From contig LSSG01000053.1 in assembly GCA_001595915.1 (NCBI GenBank), positions 3,416 through 67,415 on the forward strand: DNA of 64,000 nucleotides, given 5' to 3'. Source of the stretch: Thermoplasmatales archaeon SG8-52-3. Its GTDB lineage: Archaea > Thermoplasmatota > E2 > DHVEG-1. The notes under the pieces are model-generated. The model had not been told where the DNA came from and made no database searches. It saw only the letters and a list, made by a program, of their open reading frames with translations. Made by a program: the position numbers and the translations under genes. Positions 47,111 to 58,392 of this stretch are shown here, one piece after another (positions within the stretch are counted from its first letter, which is position 1; every line of letters begins with the position of its first letter).

Positions 47111-48622
47111 CTATAAAATATTTCTTCTTATTCCAAATAATGATTTTATAAGAACAATTATCGGTATTATCTCAAGCCTTCCTATCCACATATTAAAAAT
47201 AAGCATTGTTTTTCCAATAGGTGACATATTGATATCAGTAATTCCTGCTGTTAAACCAACGTTACCTTGAGCTGAACATACTTCAAAAATTGAATTACTC
47301 AGAGAAATATTTTCTCCGGTTTGAATTATAACGATTACACCAGCAAAAAGTAATATAACCCACATAAATGAAATGATTGCTGCTTCATTTATCAAATCCA
47401 TTGCATCATCCTTTGATAAAGATTTTTGACCAAATTTATGAACAAAAACTCTTCTTGGAGTTGATATTGCTCTTTTAATTCTCCAACCAACTCCATTATA
47501 AAGTAAAATTGCTCGGAAAAGTTTAATTCCACCAGCAGTTGATCCAGCAGCTCCTCCAATAATCATTGCAACCGCAAGAATTAGTTTTCCTGATTCACTC
47601 CAATTTGTAAGGCTTTCAACTGAAGCAAAGCCTGTACAGGTTATTGCTGAAGTAAATTGAAATCCAGAATATTTCAAAGATAGTAAAATATCATCTCCAT
47701 AAAGATGTAAATTTACAAATGTTAAACCTATCACACCTAAAATTATTAATATAAATAGTGCTCTAAATTGAATATCTGAAAAAAACTTTTTTATTCTACC
47801 CTTTAATAAATCATAATGAGCAGCAAATGCAATTGCACCAAATATCATAAGAACTACTATGGCAATTTGACTTATTGTTCCAAAACTTGAGATACTATCA
47901 TCAGTTACTGAAAATCCACCAGTTGCAATCGCTGTCATTGCATGGTTTAGAGATTGCCAGGGATCCATTCCATCAGATAGAATAAAACCAATAACAGTCA
48001 ATACAATTATACCAATTATTGTAAAAAGCAGAAATATCCACCATATTGTTCTAACTGTAGAAATAATTGAAGGATGCATTTTTTGGTCGCGAGCTTCCCC
48101 TCTATATAAAACAAATGAACCAGTCCCAGGCCTAGCAAGAATCGATAAAGTAAGTACTATTACTCCAACGCCACCAACCCATTGAATCAGAGAACGCCAA
48201 AATTGTAGTGTAGCAGGAAGAAGATTTTCTTGAGCAACCATTGTAAGACCCGTTCCAGTCCAACCAGACATTGACTCAAAAAATGCTGATAAAGGTGCCA
48301 TAGTTGCTAGTGTAGCTTTATTATATGGTATTAACCAAAAGGGAATACTTCCAACAGCGGAAATAAAAATCCATCCTAGAGCAGCAGTGACCATTGCACT
48401 TTTAAAATTTGGAGGATCAGCATTTCTAAATATGTAAAACAGAGGTAATCCGATTCCAAAATATATTCCGCATGTAAGAAGAATAGGTCCTATTGCATCA
48501 AATGAACTATTAGAACCAAATTCACCAAAATAAATTGGAACAATCAAACAAAAGAGAGAAACAAATCCTACTATTATGAATATGCCTCCAAGTGATCTCA
48601 GGATACTTTTAATATCACTCAT
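47111..48622 (-). CDS. trkH: Trk potassium uptake membrane subunit
   Basis: FESMSGWTGTG, QWVGG, ATGGFS, GSTAGGIK, SAQGNVG, GRLEI. Confidence 0.93.
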   Translation of the reverse strand: MSDIKSILRSLGGIFIIVGFVSLFCLIVPIYFGEFGSNSSFDAIGPILLTCGIYFGIGLPLFYIFRNADPPNFKSAMVTAALGWIFISAVGSIPFWLIPYNKATLATMAPLSAFFESMSGWTGTGLTMVAQENLLPATLQFWRSLIQWVGGVGVIVLTLSILARPGTGSFVLYRGEARDQKMHPSIISTVRTIWWIFLLFTIIGIIVLTVIGFILSDGMDPWQSLNHAMTAIATGGFSVTDDSISSFGTISQIAIVVLMIFGAIAFAAHYDLLKGRIKKFFSDIQFRALFILIILGVIGLTFVNLHLYGDDILLSLKYSGFQFTSAITCTGFASVESLTNWSESGKLILAVAMIIGGAAGSTAGGIKLFRAILLYNGVGWRIKRAISTPRRVFVHKFGQKSLSKDDAMDLINEAAIISFMWVILLFAGVIVIIQTGENISLSNSIFEVCSAQGNVGLTAGITDINMSPIGKTMLIFNMWIGRLEIIPIIVLIKSLFGIRRNIL

Positions 48623-48690
48623 TCTAAATGTCTCTCCTTACCATAATCTTTTGAATTTTTACAAACATTAAATATCAACTACTTATATTT

Positions 48691-49578
48691 TTATTGATTC
48701 TTAATTTCATTTATACGCTTATTAAGATCCTTTTTTAGCTCTATTGAAATATCTCGTTTTGTAAATGCATCAGCTTTTGCAGCTATTGCGATTTTTGATG
48801 CTAAAATTCTAGCAATTTTGCCTCTTTTTTCTCTAAATGCTTTATTAATTAAGGAATGCTGGAATATAACACCATGTTTTGGTGGTTTTCCACCCTCTTT
48901 TTTATATCTAAAAAGAGCTTTTTCAGCACCTAAAATCTGAATTGTAGAACCAGGTAATGTTGCTAATTTTATTAATCCTGATGAATGTGAAATCAAACGT
49001 GCTCCAATAAGAGGACCAATTATACTAGTAATATTTGGAGAAATTCTTAACATGTCCTTTTCAATTTGTTTTTCCAATGATTTTATTTCATTATTAATTG
49101 TCGTATAAGCGTTAATTAAAGGTTGTATTTTTTCTTTTGGAGTTGGAATCATAGACCAACTTTCTATACGTTCATATAATAGATTTGATGTTTGAATAAA
49201 ATCATCTAATGTATTTACCATTTGAATTATTTGAAGATCTTTGGATTCTAATTTTTTATCAACATTTTTTTTAGTTGCTAGATTTGTTGCTCTATAAAGA
49301 AGTTCTTTTGAAAAACCATAATCTTCATGTGAAATACTAATTTTTTTAAAAATAGTATCAAATGGTTTATATTCTCCAATTTTTTTTAATCTTTTTTCAT
49401 TTACAATAATTTCTTTCTTATTTTTTACTATATCTTTTTCTTCTTTAAGTATCTCATTTTGTTTGATTTTAATTATTTTGTTTGAAATTGTTTTTGTATC
49501 TTTTGAAAACAAAATTTTATCAATTATTTTTTCTCCATCGTATAAAAACACGCCAAACCATTTGGTAAATAGATACAT
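48691..49578 (-). CDS. nop5: Nop5 (Nop56/58) family box C/D RNP protein
   Basis: PNxxxxxGxxIGARL, IQILGAEKALF, PPKHGVIFQH, RGKIAR. Confidence 0.9.
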   Translation of the reverse strand: MYLFTKWFGVFLYDGEKIIDKILFSKDTKTISNKIIKIKQNEILKEEKDIVKNKKEIIVNEKRLKKIGEYKPFDTIFKKISISHEDYGFSKELLYRATNLATKKNVDKKLESKDLQIIQMVNTLDDFIQTSNLLYERIESWSMIPTPKEKIQPLINAYTTINNEIKSLEKQIEKDMLRISPNITSIIGPLIGARLISHSSGLIKLATLPGSTIQILGAEKALFRYKKEGGKPPKHGVIFQHSLINKAFREKRGKIARILASKIAIAAKADAFTKRDISIELKKDLNKRINEIKNQ

Positions 49579-49667
49579 TTAAAAATACAGTATTAAGTAA
49601 TTTTTAATGTAGTTTGCGTAAAAATAATTTAAAATATTAGTTTATACTTTAAGGGTGAGGTGTTAAT

Positions 49668-50576
49668 CTGGAAAAACTGGAAGTTAATATAGCATCTCTT
49701 AAATTAGATAACCCATTGATTCTTGCTTCAGGTTTAATGGATGAAGATGCAGGAAGCATGGAACGTATTTTTAATAATGGTGCTGGCGCAATTGTAACAA
49801 AATCTATTGGATTAAAACCGCGTGATGGTTATCCAAATCCAACCATAATTGAATTAGAACATGGAATTTTAAATGCTGTTGGTTTACCAAATCCAGGAAT
49901 AGAAAATTTTAAGGATGAAATTCTTACCCTTAAAAAATCAAATATACCTATTATTGGTAGCATCTTTGGTTCAGATTCTAAAGAATTTGTAACACTTGCT
50001 AAAAAAATGCAAAATTATGGTGTTAACGCATTAGAACTAAACATGAGTTGCCCTCATGCAAAAGGATATGGATTAGAAATTGGTTGTGACCCTGATCTAG
50101 TAAAAGAAATTACTTCGCAAGTAAAAAAATCAACAAAAATACCTATTTTTGTTAAGATTTCACCAAACTTATCAAACATTATTGATATTGCTAAATCAGC
50201 AAAAGAGGGAAATGCAGATGGAATAGTAGCAATTAATACCGTAAAAGCAATGAAGATAAATCTTGAATTAAAAATACCAGTTCTTTCAAATAAAATTGGT
50301 GGATATTCTGGAAATGCTATAAAACCGATTGGTATTCGTTGTGTTTATGAAATAAAAGAAAACATTGATATTCAAATAATCGGGGTTGGTGGGATAACAA
50401 CAGGTAATGATGTAATAGAGTATTTTATGGCAGGTGCATCTGCTGTTCAAATAGGTTCAGGAATATACTATAGAGGAGTTGATGTTTTCAAAAAAATTAA
50501 AAATGAAATTATTTCCTGGATGAAATCCCATAATATAGATAATATTTCAGAGTTAATTGGAGTTGCACATAAATGA
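49668..50576 (+). CDS. pyrD: Dihydroorotate dehydrogenase 1B catalytic subunit, probable CTG start
   Basis: Extension (M)EKLEVNIASLKLDNPLILASG from CTG after SD GAGGTG; NAVGLPNPG, ELNMSCPH, GGYSG. Confidence 0.95.
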   Translation: MEKLEVNIASLKLDNPLILASGLMDEDAGSMERIFNNGAGAIVTKSIGLKPRDGYPNPTIIELEHGILNAVGLPNPGIENFKDEILTLKKSNIPIIGSIFGSDSKEFVTLAKKMQNYGVNALELNMSCPHAKGYGLEIGCDPDLVKEITSQVKKSTKIPIFVKISPNLSNIIDIAKSAKEGNADGIVAINTVKAMKINLELKIPVLSNKIGGYSGNAIKPIGIRCVYEIKENIDIQIIGVGGITTGNDVIEYFMAGASAVQIGSGIYYRGVDVFKKIKNEIISWMKSHNIDNISELIGVAHK

Positions 50577-51352
50577 ACAATCCAAAAGTTATCGAAATTC
50601 TTGAAACAATAACAGAAACAACTGATGTAAAAACAATTAAATTTGATTTTGAAGGAGACATCATTCCTGGCCAATTTTTTATGATTTGGATTCCAAATAT
50701 TGATGAAATTCCTATGAGTGTGTCTTATATTGATAAAAAAGTAAAAGGAATAACTTTCAAGATAGTTGGAAATGCAACTAAAGAATTATTTAATCTGAAA
50801 GTCGGTGATAAGATAGGAATTAGAGGCCCTTATGGAAATGGTTTTAGTATTATTGGAAATAATATTTTATGTGTAGCTGGAGGAACTGGGATTGCAATGA
50901 TTGCTCCTTCAGTTGAATCAGCAAAAAAAAGAAATATTAATACTACTGTTCTACTTGGAGTAAAAAATAAAAACGAATTATTTTTTGAAAATAGAATTAA
51001 GAAAACTGGTGCAAATCTATTTGTAAGTACAGATGATGGCTCTTATGGATATAAGGGTTTTGTAACTAGTTTAGCAAAAGATATAATTTTAAATAATAAA
51101 TTTGATCAAATTTTAACTTGTGGTCCTGAGTTGATGATGAAAAAGTTATTAGAGATATCTAATAACATTTCCTTTCAAGCATCTCTTGAAAGATACATGA
51201 AGTGTGGATTTGGATTATGTGGACAATGCTGTATTGGTAAAGGACTTCGAGTCTGTAAAGAAGGTCCTGTTTTTGATGAAACAACTTTGAAGAAAACTGA
51301 AGATTTTGGTGTCTATAAAAGAGATGCTTCAGGAACAAAAATTAAATTTTAA
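50573..51352 (+). CDS. pyrK: Dihydroorotate dehydrogenase electron transfer subunit
   Basis: PGQFFM, RGPYGNG, GGTG, CGP, MKCGFGLCGQC...CxEGPVF. Confidence 0.93.
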   Translation: MNNPKVIEILETITETTDVKTIKFDFEGDIIPGQFFMIWIPNIDEIPMSVSYIDKKVKGITFKIVGNATKELFNLKVGDKIGIRGPYGNGFSIIGNNILCVAGGTGIAMIAPSVESAKKRNINTTVLLGVKNKNELFFENRIKKTGANLFVSTDDGSYGYKGFVTSLAKDIILNNKFDQILTCGPELMMKKLLEISNNISFQASLERYMKCGFGLCGQCCIGKGLRVCKEGPVFDETTLKKTEDFGVYKRDASGTKIKF

Positions 51353-51369
51353 TAATGGGGGGATTAAAT

Positions 51370-51789
51370 ATGAGCTCTTATAATGAGGAAATAAATATTA
51401 AGACAAAAGGAGAAGTTGACATTATAGATATTACAAACCAAGTTCAATCTATTGTTAATAAATCTAAGATTAATACTGGGATTGCTTGCATATTTGTACC
51501 TGGATCAACTGGTGCAATTACAACCATTGAATATGAACCTGGTCTTAAGAAGGATTTACCAAGAGCTCTCCAAAAAATTGCACCAAAGGGAGAACATTAC
51601 AATCATCATGAAACATGGCATGATGACAATGGTCATTCTCACGTAAGAGCTAGTTTGATGGGACCTAGTTTAACAATTCCTCTAATTAATGGAAGAGTAA
51701 TTCATGGAACCTGGCAACAGATAGTTTTTATTGAACTGGATACAAGTCCTAGAAATAGAAATTTAATAGTTCAGATTGTAGGAGAATAA
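51370..51789 (+). CDS. YjbQ/UPF0047 family protein
   Basis: GSTGA, E-Y-E-PG, NGHSH, GTWQ. Confidence 0.92.
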   Translation: MSSYNEEINIKTKGEVDIIDITNQVQSIVNKSKINTGIACIFVPGSTGAITTIEYEPGLKKDLPRALQKIAPKGEHYNHHETWHDDNGHSHVRASLMGPSLTIPLINGRVIHGTWQQIVFIELDTSPRNRNLIVQIVGE

Positions 51790-51792
51790 TTT

Positions 51793-52302
51793 TTACCATT
51801 TATTTTTGTGAATTCTTGCACTATTGTATCTATTTACCTTATCTTGTTTAACTGCAGGATATCCTAATGAAATTAGTGAAAGAGGGATTACATTTTCTGG
51901 AATTTTCAATAATTTTCTTATTCCTAATACTCTATCTTCTCTAGGAAATAAACCTAACCAGCAACTTCCAAGTCCTTTTGCTCTTGCTGCAATAAGAATA
52001 TTTTCAGTAGCTGCAGAGCAATCTTGAACCCAAAAACCTTTATTTGTTTCTATTTCTAAATCTCCACAAACTATAATTGCTATTTGAGCACCAGGTAGCA
52101 TTTTTGAATAAGGGTGAAAATCTGTAATTTTATTTATTATTTTACTATCATCTAAAATTATAAAATGCCATGGTTGTTGATTACCTGCAGATGGAGCACT
52201 AAATCCTACGTTTATTAAATCATTTATAATTTCATCTGAAATTTTTTTATTTTTATAAGTTCTTACACTTCTTCTTGTTAATATTGCTTCTATTGCATCC
52301 AT
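51793..52302 (-). CDS. Nitroreductase family protein
   Basis: RRSVRxY, APSAGNxQPW, GLGSCW, LGYP. Confidence 0.93.
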   Translation of the reverse strand: MDAIEAILTRRSVRTYKNKKISDEIINDLINVGFSAPSAGNQQPWHFIILDDSKIINKITDFHPYSKMLPGAQIAIIVCGDLEIETNKGFWVQDCSAATENILIAARAKGLGSCWLGLFPREDRVLGIRKLLKIPENVIPLSLISLGYPAVKQDKVNRYNSARIHKNKW

Positions 52303-52457
52303 AGATACACCTTATAAATTTATGTATTAAAAATAGTTTTAATATAATTAATTTTCGAATTTGAAATAAATAGTTATTGTTATAAAAAAATTTTTTACAA
52401 AATATTAATATATTATTAAAATAACTTCTATATATACCTTTGATTAAAAGGTGTACT

Positions 52458-55400
52458 ATGCGAAAAAATAAGATATGGTTAGTTTATATTTCATTAATAC
52501 TGTTAATATTACCAGTGTTAACCATATCTTCATTATCTCAAGACGTTACTATACCAGAATGGAATAAGGCATGGTCATTTAAAGAAGAGATTATTCTACC
52601 AATATCAACATTCAGATCTCAAGCTATTTATCAACCAATAGATATGCGTATAGATTTTGTCAATCCATGCTGGGGAAAAAATGAAGATGAACACTCTATA
52701 AGAGTGTGCTCATGGGATGGAAGTACATGGCATGAATTAGAATCACAAATTTATGACATTGAATTCAAAGATCAAAATTATATATCTAATTGTAGAATCG
52801 TTTTTCTTGTTCCAAGTTTTGCAAATGGAAAAGAACTATATTTTGTATTCTATGATGATAGTGAAAAAGCATCAACAAAGTATGTAGATCATGTAAGTAT
52901 TGAAGACTCATATTATTTCTATGCTCCTATCTCAGGTGTTTCTATTGAAAGTGAATTCTACAAAATTTCTGAAGACGGATTTTGCATCTATGGAATTGGA
53001 CAAAAAGGAAAAATTATTTATCGTGGATTATCCCAAGGAATAATAAAAATGAAGCCAAATTCTATAGATTTTGATACAGCAAATTTTGACAATTTGGCTT
53101 CTTTCATTTTATCATATCAACATGGAAAGGATGATGAAGATGAGGTCTCATCTGACCAAGTTCTAGTATCAAAAGAAATCACTGTTGATGGAAATTTAAT
53201 GGTTGAGTTTAGAATTGTCAGTGAATCTAATAGTCAACATCTAAGAACAAATAATTTATACAAATATTATTACTGTCCTACAGATGAAAAAAGAATTTCT
53301 GTTCATGTTAGACATCAGGTTCTTAAAGAATCAGAAGTAACAGGAATTGAAAATGTTGATGGAAGATATGGAGTATTAGCTTCTGTTCAATCAAAAAGTG
53401 GAAGAATAAAAAGAATGCGTTTTGGAGAAATTTTACCATATATACATCTCTTTAGCGAAAATAACATTGTAAAAGAATACAGATTAAATATTGATCCAGA
53501 AAATTTGGAAAGAGAATGGGTAATTCCTTATACTGATGATTGCGACCTGGGAGAAGATGCTTGGATTTCTTATGATGAAGGTGAAACAGGAAAAGCTTTT
53601 GGAATAATATTTTCGTCAAATAAGAATATTGTTAAATCAGGTACTAATGAAAGAGATGGAATTCAAGTTACCTCTGCTGAAAGAGAATATTTAAAAATTC
53701 TTGGAACAGAAATTGATTATACTTCAATAAGTTTCGGAAGAAATTCATATGAAAAAGGTAGTAAACATGATTTAACAATTGCAGGAGATTTAGTAGTTGA
53801 ATATGATGCAGAATTTTATACATCAGAAACAGGTGGATTTAAAGAAGTAATTTCAGAATCAGAATATTTTCCAGATCTAATAAAATATCGTCATGAAGGT
53901 GAGGATGATTTTGAGAACGGTGAAAAAGATATACACACTTTAACAGTTTATCCACATTTATTAGGTAGAATAATAAACATTCCCTTTTTAAGAAGTATAT
54001 TTGATAGATTTACCTTATCAGCAGAATTATATCAAAAAGATCAATTATATTCAAAAGGCGAATATTTTAAACCAATTATTGGAAAACCATTATTCAAATT
54101 TATTAAAATTGCACCTGGAGATTATATTATAAAAATATTCAGAAGGATTGGCAATTATGAGAGAATTATTGGATTAAAACCTATAACTATTAATCATGAT
54201 GAATTTACTCGTATTTTTTGTACATGGCAAAATAAAATTAAAATCACTACAAGAAACCAAGAAAAAGCAAGAGTTGAAAATATTGAATTAACTTTATTAC
54301 AAAATAATTCAATTGTATTTGTTAATAAAACAAATCAAAATGAAGATATTTTTCTAAAAATACCATATAATCTCTTTGAAATGTATGTTTTAAAAGCATA
54401 TTATAAAGGTTTTAAGATATTTGATAAGGAAATTTCGAATAGAGAAAAAAATATTGATATAATCTTAGATTTATATGATTTAAAAATAGAAGTCAAAGAT
54501 AAGTTAGGATTTTCACCAGGAGTTAATCTAAGACCAATATTAACTAGTTCTGAAATGGAAATTCTAAATGAAATAACTCCAAAAGAAGCTAGTAATGGCA
54601 TATTTATATTCAATAATCTACCTTCTGCAAAATATAAATTTCAAATAACTTACGGGCGATTTACTGACGAATTATTTATTGACGTTCCAGAGGACGGAGA
54701 CATAAATAATTTAAAATTTTCAGCTTTATTTGAGCTTAAAACTAAATTGTTAAATTCTAGAGGAAATATAATCAAAGATGAGAATTACAAAATAAATATT
54801 TTAAGAGATGGAGAAACTATATATGATAATATCTCCCCAGATAATCCATTGATAATGCCGCCTGGAAAATATACAATTCAAGCACATAATGATGATGAGT
54901 TAGTCGGAATAAAAGTAGTTGAATTAAGTAGTGATAAAGATATTAACATTGTTACAAAAATTAAACCCTTTCTTCCAATTTTGGTTACTGGTATTGTTTT
55001 ACTATTTATTTGTGAGATAGTTGTTTTACTTTTATTTAAAAAATTTTCGTTAAATACATTTTTAAAATTATTAGCTCTCGCACTGGTATTTCTTTCAATA
55101 TTTCAACCTTGGTGGACTTTGAATGGATATAATGATTCTACTTTTGCAGAGAAAAATACTGAAATGTTTATTGTTTCTGGAACAATGATAGAAAAAATCA
55201 AATATCAAGATGAAACATATCTTGAACTTGCAACCTTACCAGAAATGTTTACAGATTTTCTTGGTATTCTTCTAATAATAATATATTCAGGAATAATCTT
55301 ACTTAGCTTAAGTTTTATTCCAAATATTCTATTAAGAAGAAGATATTTTTTAGTATTAATATCAGCAAGTATTTTATTTTTACTTTTAGTTTCAATTGCA

Positions 55401-55631
55401 TTTTCTTATGGAATGTCTAAAATTACAGAGCTTACTTTGGGAAGTTTAAATGGTGAAGCTCCTCTTGATGTAATACTTCCAAATGGCGAAACAACATGTA
55501 TGCTTTCTAATTGGGGATTAGGGACAGGGTTTTATCTTTGTGTTCTTTCCTCAATTATTCTTCTAATTGCAGGAGTAATTGATTATATGAGAAGAAAAAA
55601 GTGGCCAAAGAAAATTTTGAGGATAATATAA
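52458..55631 (+). CDS. Large surface protein with signal peptide, beta-rich ectodomain and C-terminal TM helices
   Basis: Start MRKNK after SD AGGTG; DUF2341-like N-terminus; PGxY beta-sandwich repeats; about five C-terminal TM segments. Confidence 0.75.
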   Translation: MRKNKIWLVYISLILLILPVLTISSLSQDVTIPEWNKAWSFKEEIILPISTFRSQAIYQPIDMRIDFVNPCWGKNEDEHSIRVCSWDGSTWHELESQIYDIEFKDQNYISNCRIVFLVPSFANGKELYFVFYDDSEKASTKYVDHVSIEDSYYFYAPISGVSIESEFYKISEDGFCIYGIGQKGKIIYRGLSQGIIKMKPNSIDFDTANFDNLASFILSYQHGKDDEDEVSSDQVLVSKEITVDGNLMVEFRIVSESNSQHLRTNNLYKYYYCPTDEKRISVHVRHQVLKESEVTGIENVDGRYGVLASVQSKSGRIKRMRFGEILPYIHLFSENNIVKEYRLNIDPENLEREWVIPYTDDCDLGEDAWISYDEGETGKAFGIIFSSNKNIVKSGTNERDGIQVTSAEREYLKILGTEIDYTSISFGRNSYEKGSKHDLTIAGDLVVEYDAEFYTSETGGFKEVISESEYFPDLIKYRHEGEDDFENGEKDIHTLTVYPHLLGRIINIPFLRSIFDRFTLSAELYQKDQLYSKGEYFKPIIGKPLFKFIKIAPGDYIIKIFRRIGNYERIIGLKPITINHDEFTRIFCTWQNKIKITTRNQEKARVENIELTLLQNNSIVFVNKTNQNEDIFLKIPYNLFEMYVLKAYYKGFKIFDKEISNREKNIDIILDLYDLKIEVKDKLGFSPGVNLRPILTSSEMEILNEITPKEASNGIFIFNNLPSAKYKFQITYGRFTDELFIDVPEDGDINNLKFSALFELKTKLLNSRGNIIKDENYKINILRDGETIYDNISPDNPLIMPPGKYTIQAHNDDELVGIKVVELSSDKDINIVTKIKPFLPILVTGIVLLFICEIVVLLLFKKFSLNTFLKLLALALVFLSIFQPWWTLNGYNDSTFAEKNTEMFIVSGTMIEKIKYQDETYLELATLPEMFTDFLGILLIIIYSGIILLSLSFIPNILLRRRYFLVLISASILFLLLVSIAFSYGMSKITELTLGSLNGEAPLDVILPNGETTCMLSNWGLGTGFYLCVLSSIILLIAGVIDYMRRKKWPKKILRII

Positions 55632-55642
55632 ATTTAAAAAAG

Positions 55643-56143
55643 TTATCTTGATAAAGACCTTATTCTTTCTTCGCCATTTTTACTTTTAATAAAGTTAAAA
55701 ACTTCTTTTGGAACTAGTTCTTCCCACATTTCGTTTTTCATTATTTTATTTCTGATAATCTTTCCTGAATATCTTTCTTTATTATACAACAGTGTCTTTT
55801 TTACAATAAATCCTTTTTCTGAGAATAATTTTCCTGTAAAATCATTATTTGATAAAACAATATCAAAATCAGAAAAAATTGTAAGAACATGATCAACCCA
55901 TTTAGGTGGATTATGGATATCTGGAATAAATATAATTTTGTAATTTTTTATTTTTCTTTCTTTTAAGGTTTTATCAATCATAAATTTTCTTTCAATGTCA
56001 GAGAATGGATTTTCAATTGTATTGCTATATTGTGATGATCCAATTCCAATTATGATTATTTTATAATGTTTGGATGCTTCCTCTATAACTTTTAAATGTC
56101 CATTATGAAAAGGTTGGAAACGCCCAATAAATAAAGCATTCAT
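55643..56143 (-). CDS. Nicotinamide-nucleotide adenylyltransferase
   Basis: GRFQPFHNGH, IGSSQ, NPFSxxER, SGxxIR. Confidence 0.93.
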   Translation of the reverse strand: MNALFIGRFQPFHNGHLKVIEEASKHYKIIIIGIGSSQYSNTIENPFSDIERKFMIDKTLKERKIKNYKIIFIPDIHNPPKWVDHVLTIFSDFDIVLSNNDFTGKLFSEKGFIVKKTLLYNKERYSGKIIRNKIMKNEMWEELVPKEVFNFIKSKNGEERIRSLSR

Positions 56144-56213
56144 AATAATTCATAAAAAGAATACAAAGAATCATATAAAATGTTAATTAAATTCATGGTT
56201 TTAATTATAAAAA

Positions 56214-58262
56214 TTAATTTTGTTCTTTTTTTGTTTCAGTAGGGTAAGCTGATATCTTTTTTTCTGATTCAAGTTCTACTTTACCTGTTATATTCAAAGG
56301 TTTCATATCCCTTAGTTTACCAAGTAATTGCTCTTTTCCTGGACCAACAAGAGTATTTTCAATAACTTCAGTCAAAGTTTCAACAGGTATCACTTTTATT
56401 TTGTCTTTTAAGTTATCCTCTATTAAAACATCATTTAAATTTGCTTTTGGAACAAGCACCCGCTTAATCCCAGCTTTTGCTGCAGCTTCTACTTTTGCAG
56501 TTGCACCACCAATTGGAAGAACAGTTCCCCTTATACTTAGTGAACCTGTCATAGCAGTATCCTGTCTTACAGGTACATTTTCCATTGCAGAAATAACTGC
56601 AGTAATTACCGATATACTTGCTGAGTCACCTTCAAGACCTTCGTAAGTACCAATAAACTGAATATGAATATCTACTTCAGTAATATCCCTACCCATATAT
56701 TTCTTAATTATAGCAGAAATGTTTAATACAGATTCCTTTGCAATTTCACCAAGTTTACCTGTTGCAATAACCTTACCTTCAGATTGAGATCCAGCTGGTG
56801 TGACCTCAGCAACAATAGGTAAAACCAGACCAGAAAATTCACTCATAGAAGGATCTGCCGAATGAACTGCAAGTCCATTTACAACTCCGACCTCTTCTCC
56901 AGTTATTTTAAAGGATCTGTAATCCTTTCTCTGCTCTATTGCTCTATCCACAACCTGTTGTTCAAGTGACTTTGAAATTATTTTTGCTTTCATTACATGA
57001 TCGGTTGTAACAATCTTATCTCCTGCTTCATATGCAACATCACCAGCAGCACGAATAAGTCCACCAAGCTCTCTTAATCTGAGTGAAAGTTTACCTTTTC
57101 TTCCTGCACGTCTTTGAGCTTCATGAATTATTTCAGCAACAGCTTCACGATTAAAATGAGGTATTTTTTCATCTTTTTTAATTTCTTGAGCAACAAAACG
57201 GATAAGCTTAGTTCTATTTTCATCATTGTCATCCATGTTGCTATTTAGATAGACCTCATATCCATACCCTCTTATTCTAGAACGTAAAGCGGGATGCATA
57301 CCTTTTAATGCATCAAGATTTCCTGCCGAAACTAAAATAAAATCACATGGAACTGGTTCTGTTTTAACCATTGCTCCAAAGCTTCTTTCAGATTGCCCTG
57401 TTACTTGGAATTTTTTTTCTTGTATAGCTGTAAGTAAATGTTGTTGAGAAGGAAGATTTAATGTATTTATCTCATCAATATACAAAACACCCTTATGAGC
57501 TCTGTGTATTGCTCCTGCCTCAACCAACTGATGAGGCGGAGTTTCTAAACCTGCAGATTGGAAAGGATCATGTCTAACATCCCCTAATAAAGCTCCAGAA
57601 TGAGCAGCTGTTGCATCAACAAATGGTGGTAAATCATTTTTCTCATGAGCTACCAATATTTTAGGAACTTGCTGTAATTCTCTTCGTTGGAGTAGTGCAC
57701 CTCTTGAAAAAATTAAAAATATCATAAAAGCGACAATAATACCTATAAGAGCCCATTGAATCTGAACTTGATTAGGATCAAAACCATCTGCTGTCATAGC
57801 TGGAGCAATTGCTGCAAAAATCGAGAGAGCAATAATCATAAAAACAATAGTAATAATCATACTACTTTGTTGTTCCTTTTTTTTCTTAGCCTCCTCTCGT
57901 TGTGCTTTTACAATCTCATTTGCCTTACCACCAGGAACTACTCTAATGTGAGGAGTGTTTGAATCATCAGCATTTGGATATGCAATAATATCTTCAAGTT
58001 CTCCCTTAGGTAGAAAGGCTGTCATTGCTCTAGCAACCATAGACTTTCCAGTACCAGGATCTCCGATTAACATTACATGTCGTTTTTGTTCTGCAGCTTT
58101 TCTAACAATTTCAACAGATTTATCCTGTCCAATAACTTGATCTAATAAAAGATCAGGAACCTCAATATCTTTTGTTGTTTCAAAGTTTTGATTTTTAAAC
58201 CATTCTTCAATCGAGGGCATTTCTTTCCGTTTTTTATTATCTAATTCATCCACGTTGAACAC
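56214..58262 (-). CDS. lonB: Membrane-anchored ATP-dependent protease LonB
   Basis: [10 protein letters not shown] insertion, [16 protein letters not shown] (Ser), PIGGxxxK (Lys); no intein. Confidence 0.96.
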   Translation of the reverse strand: MFNVDELDNKKRKEMPSIEEWFKNQNFETTKDIEVPDLLLDQVIGQDKSVEIVRKAAEQKRHVMLIGDPGTGKSMVARAMTAFLPKGELEDIIAYPNADDSNTPHIRVVPGGKANEIVKAQREEAKKKKEQQSSMIITIVFMIIALSIFAAIAPAMTADGFDPNQVQIQWALIGIIVAFMIFLIFSRGALLQRRELQQVPKILVAHEKNDLPPFVDATAAHSGALLGDVRHDPFQSAGLETPPHQLVEAGAIHRAHKGVLYIDEINTLNLPSQQHLLTAIQEKKFQVTGQSERSFGAMVKTEPVPCDFILVSAGNLDALKGMHPALRSRIRGYGYEVYLNSNMDDNDENRTKLIRFVAQEIKKDEKIPHFNREAVAEIIHEAQRRAGRKGKLSLRLRELGGLIRAAGDVAYEAGDKIVTTDHVMKAKIISKSLEQQVVDRAIEQRKDYRSFKITGEEVGVVNGLAVHSADPSMSEFSGLVLPIVAEVTPAGSQSEGKVIATGKLGEIAKESVLNISAIIKKYMGRDITEVDIHIQFIGTYEGLEGDSASISVITAVISAMENVPVRQDTAMTGSLSIRGTVLPIGGATAKVEAAAKAGIKRVLVPKANLNDVLIEDNLKDKIKVIPVETLTEVIENTLVGPGKEQLLGKLRDMKPLNITGKVELESEKKISAYPTETKKEQN

Positions 58263-58392
58263 TATCTTAATTTTTTTACTGTTATATAATAAAACAATAT
58301 TTCAATGTTTCTTTAAATAAAAAAACTAGAAAATTTTATAAATATTTATTTAATTCAAAAAGACAAAATAAATTTTGGTGGAGGAGAAGGAT

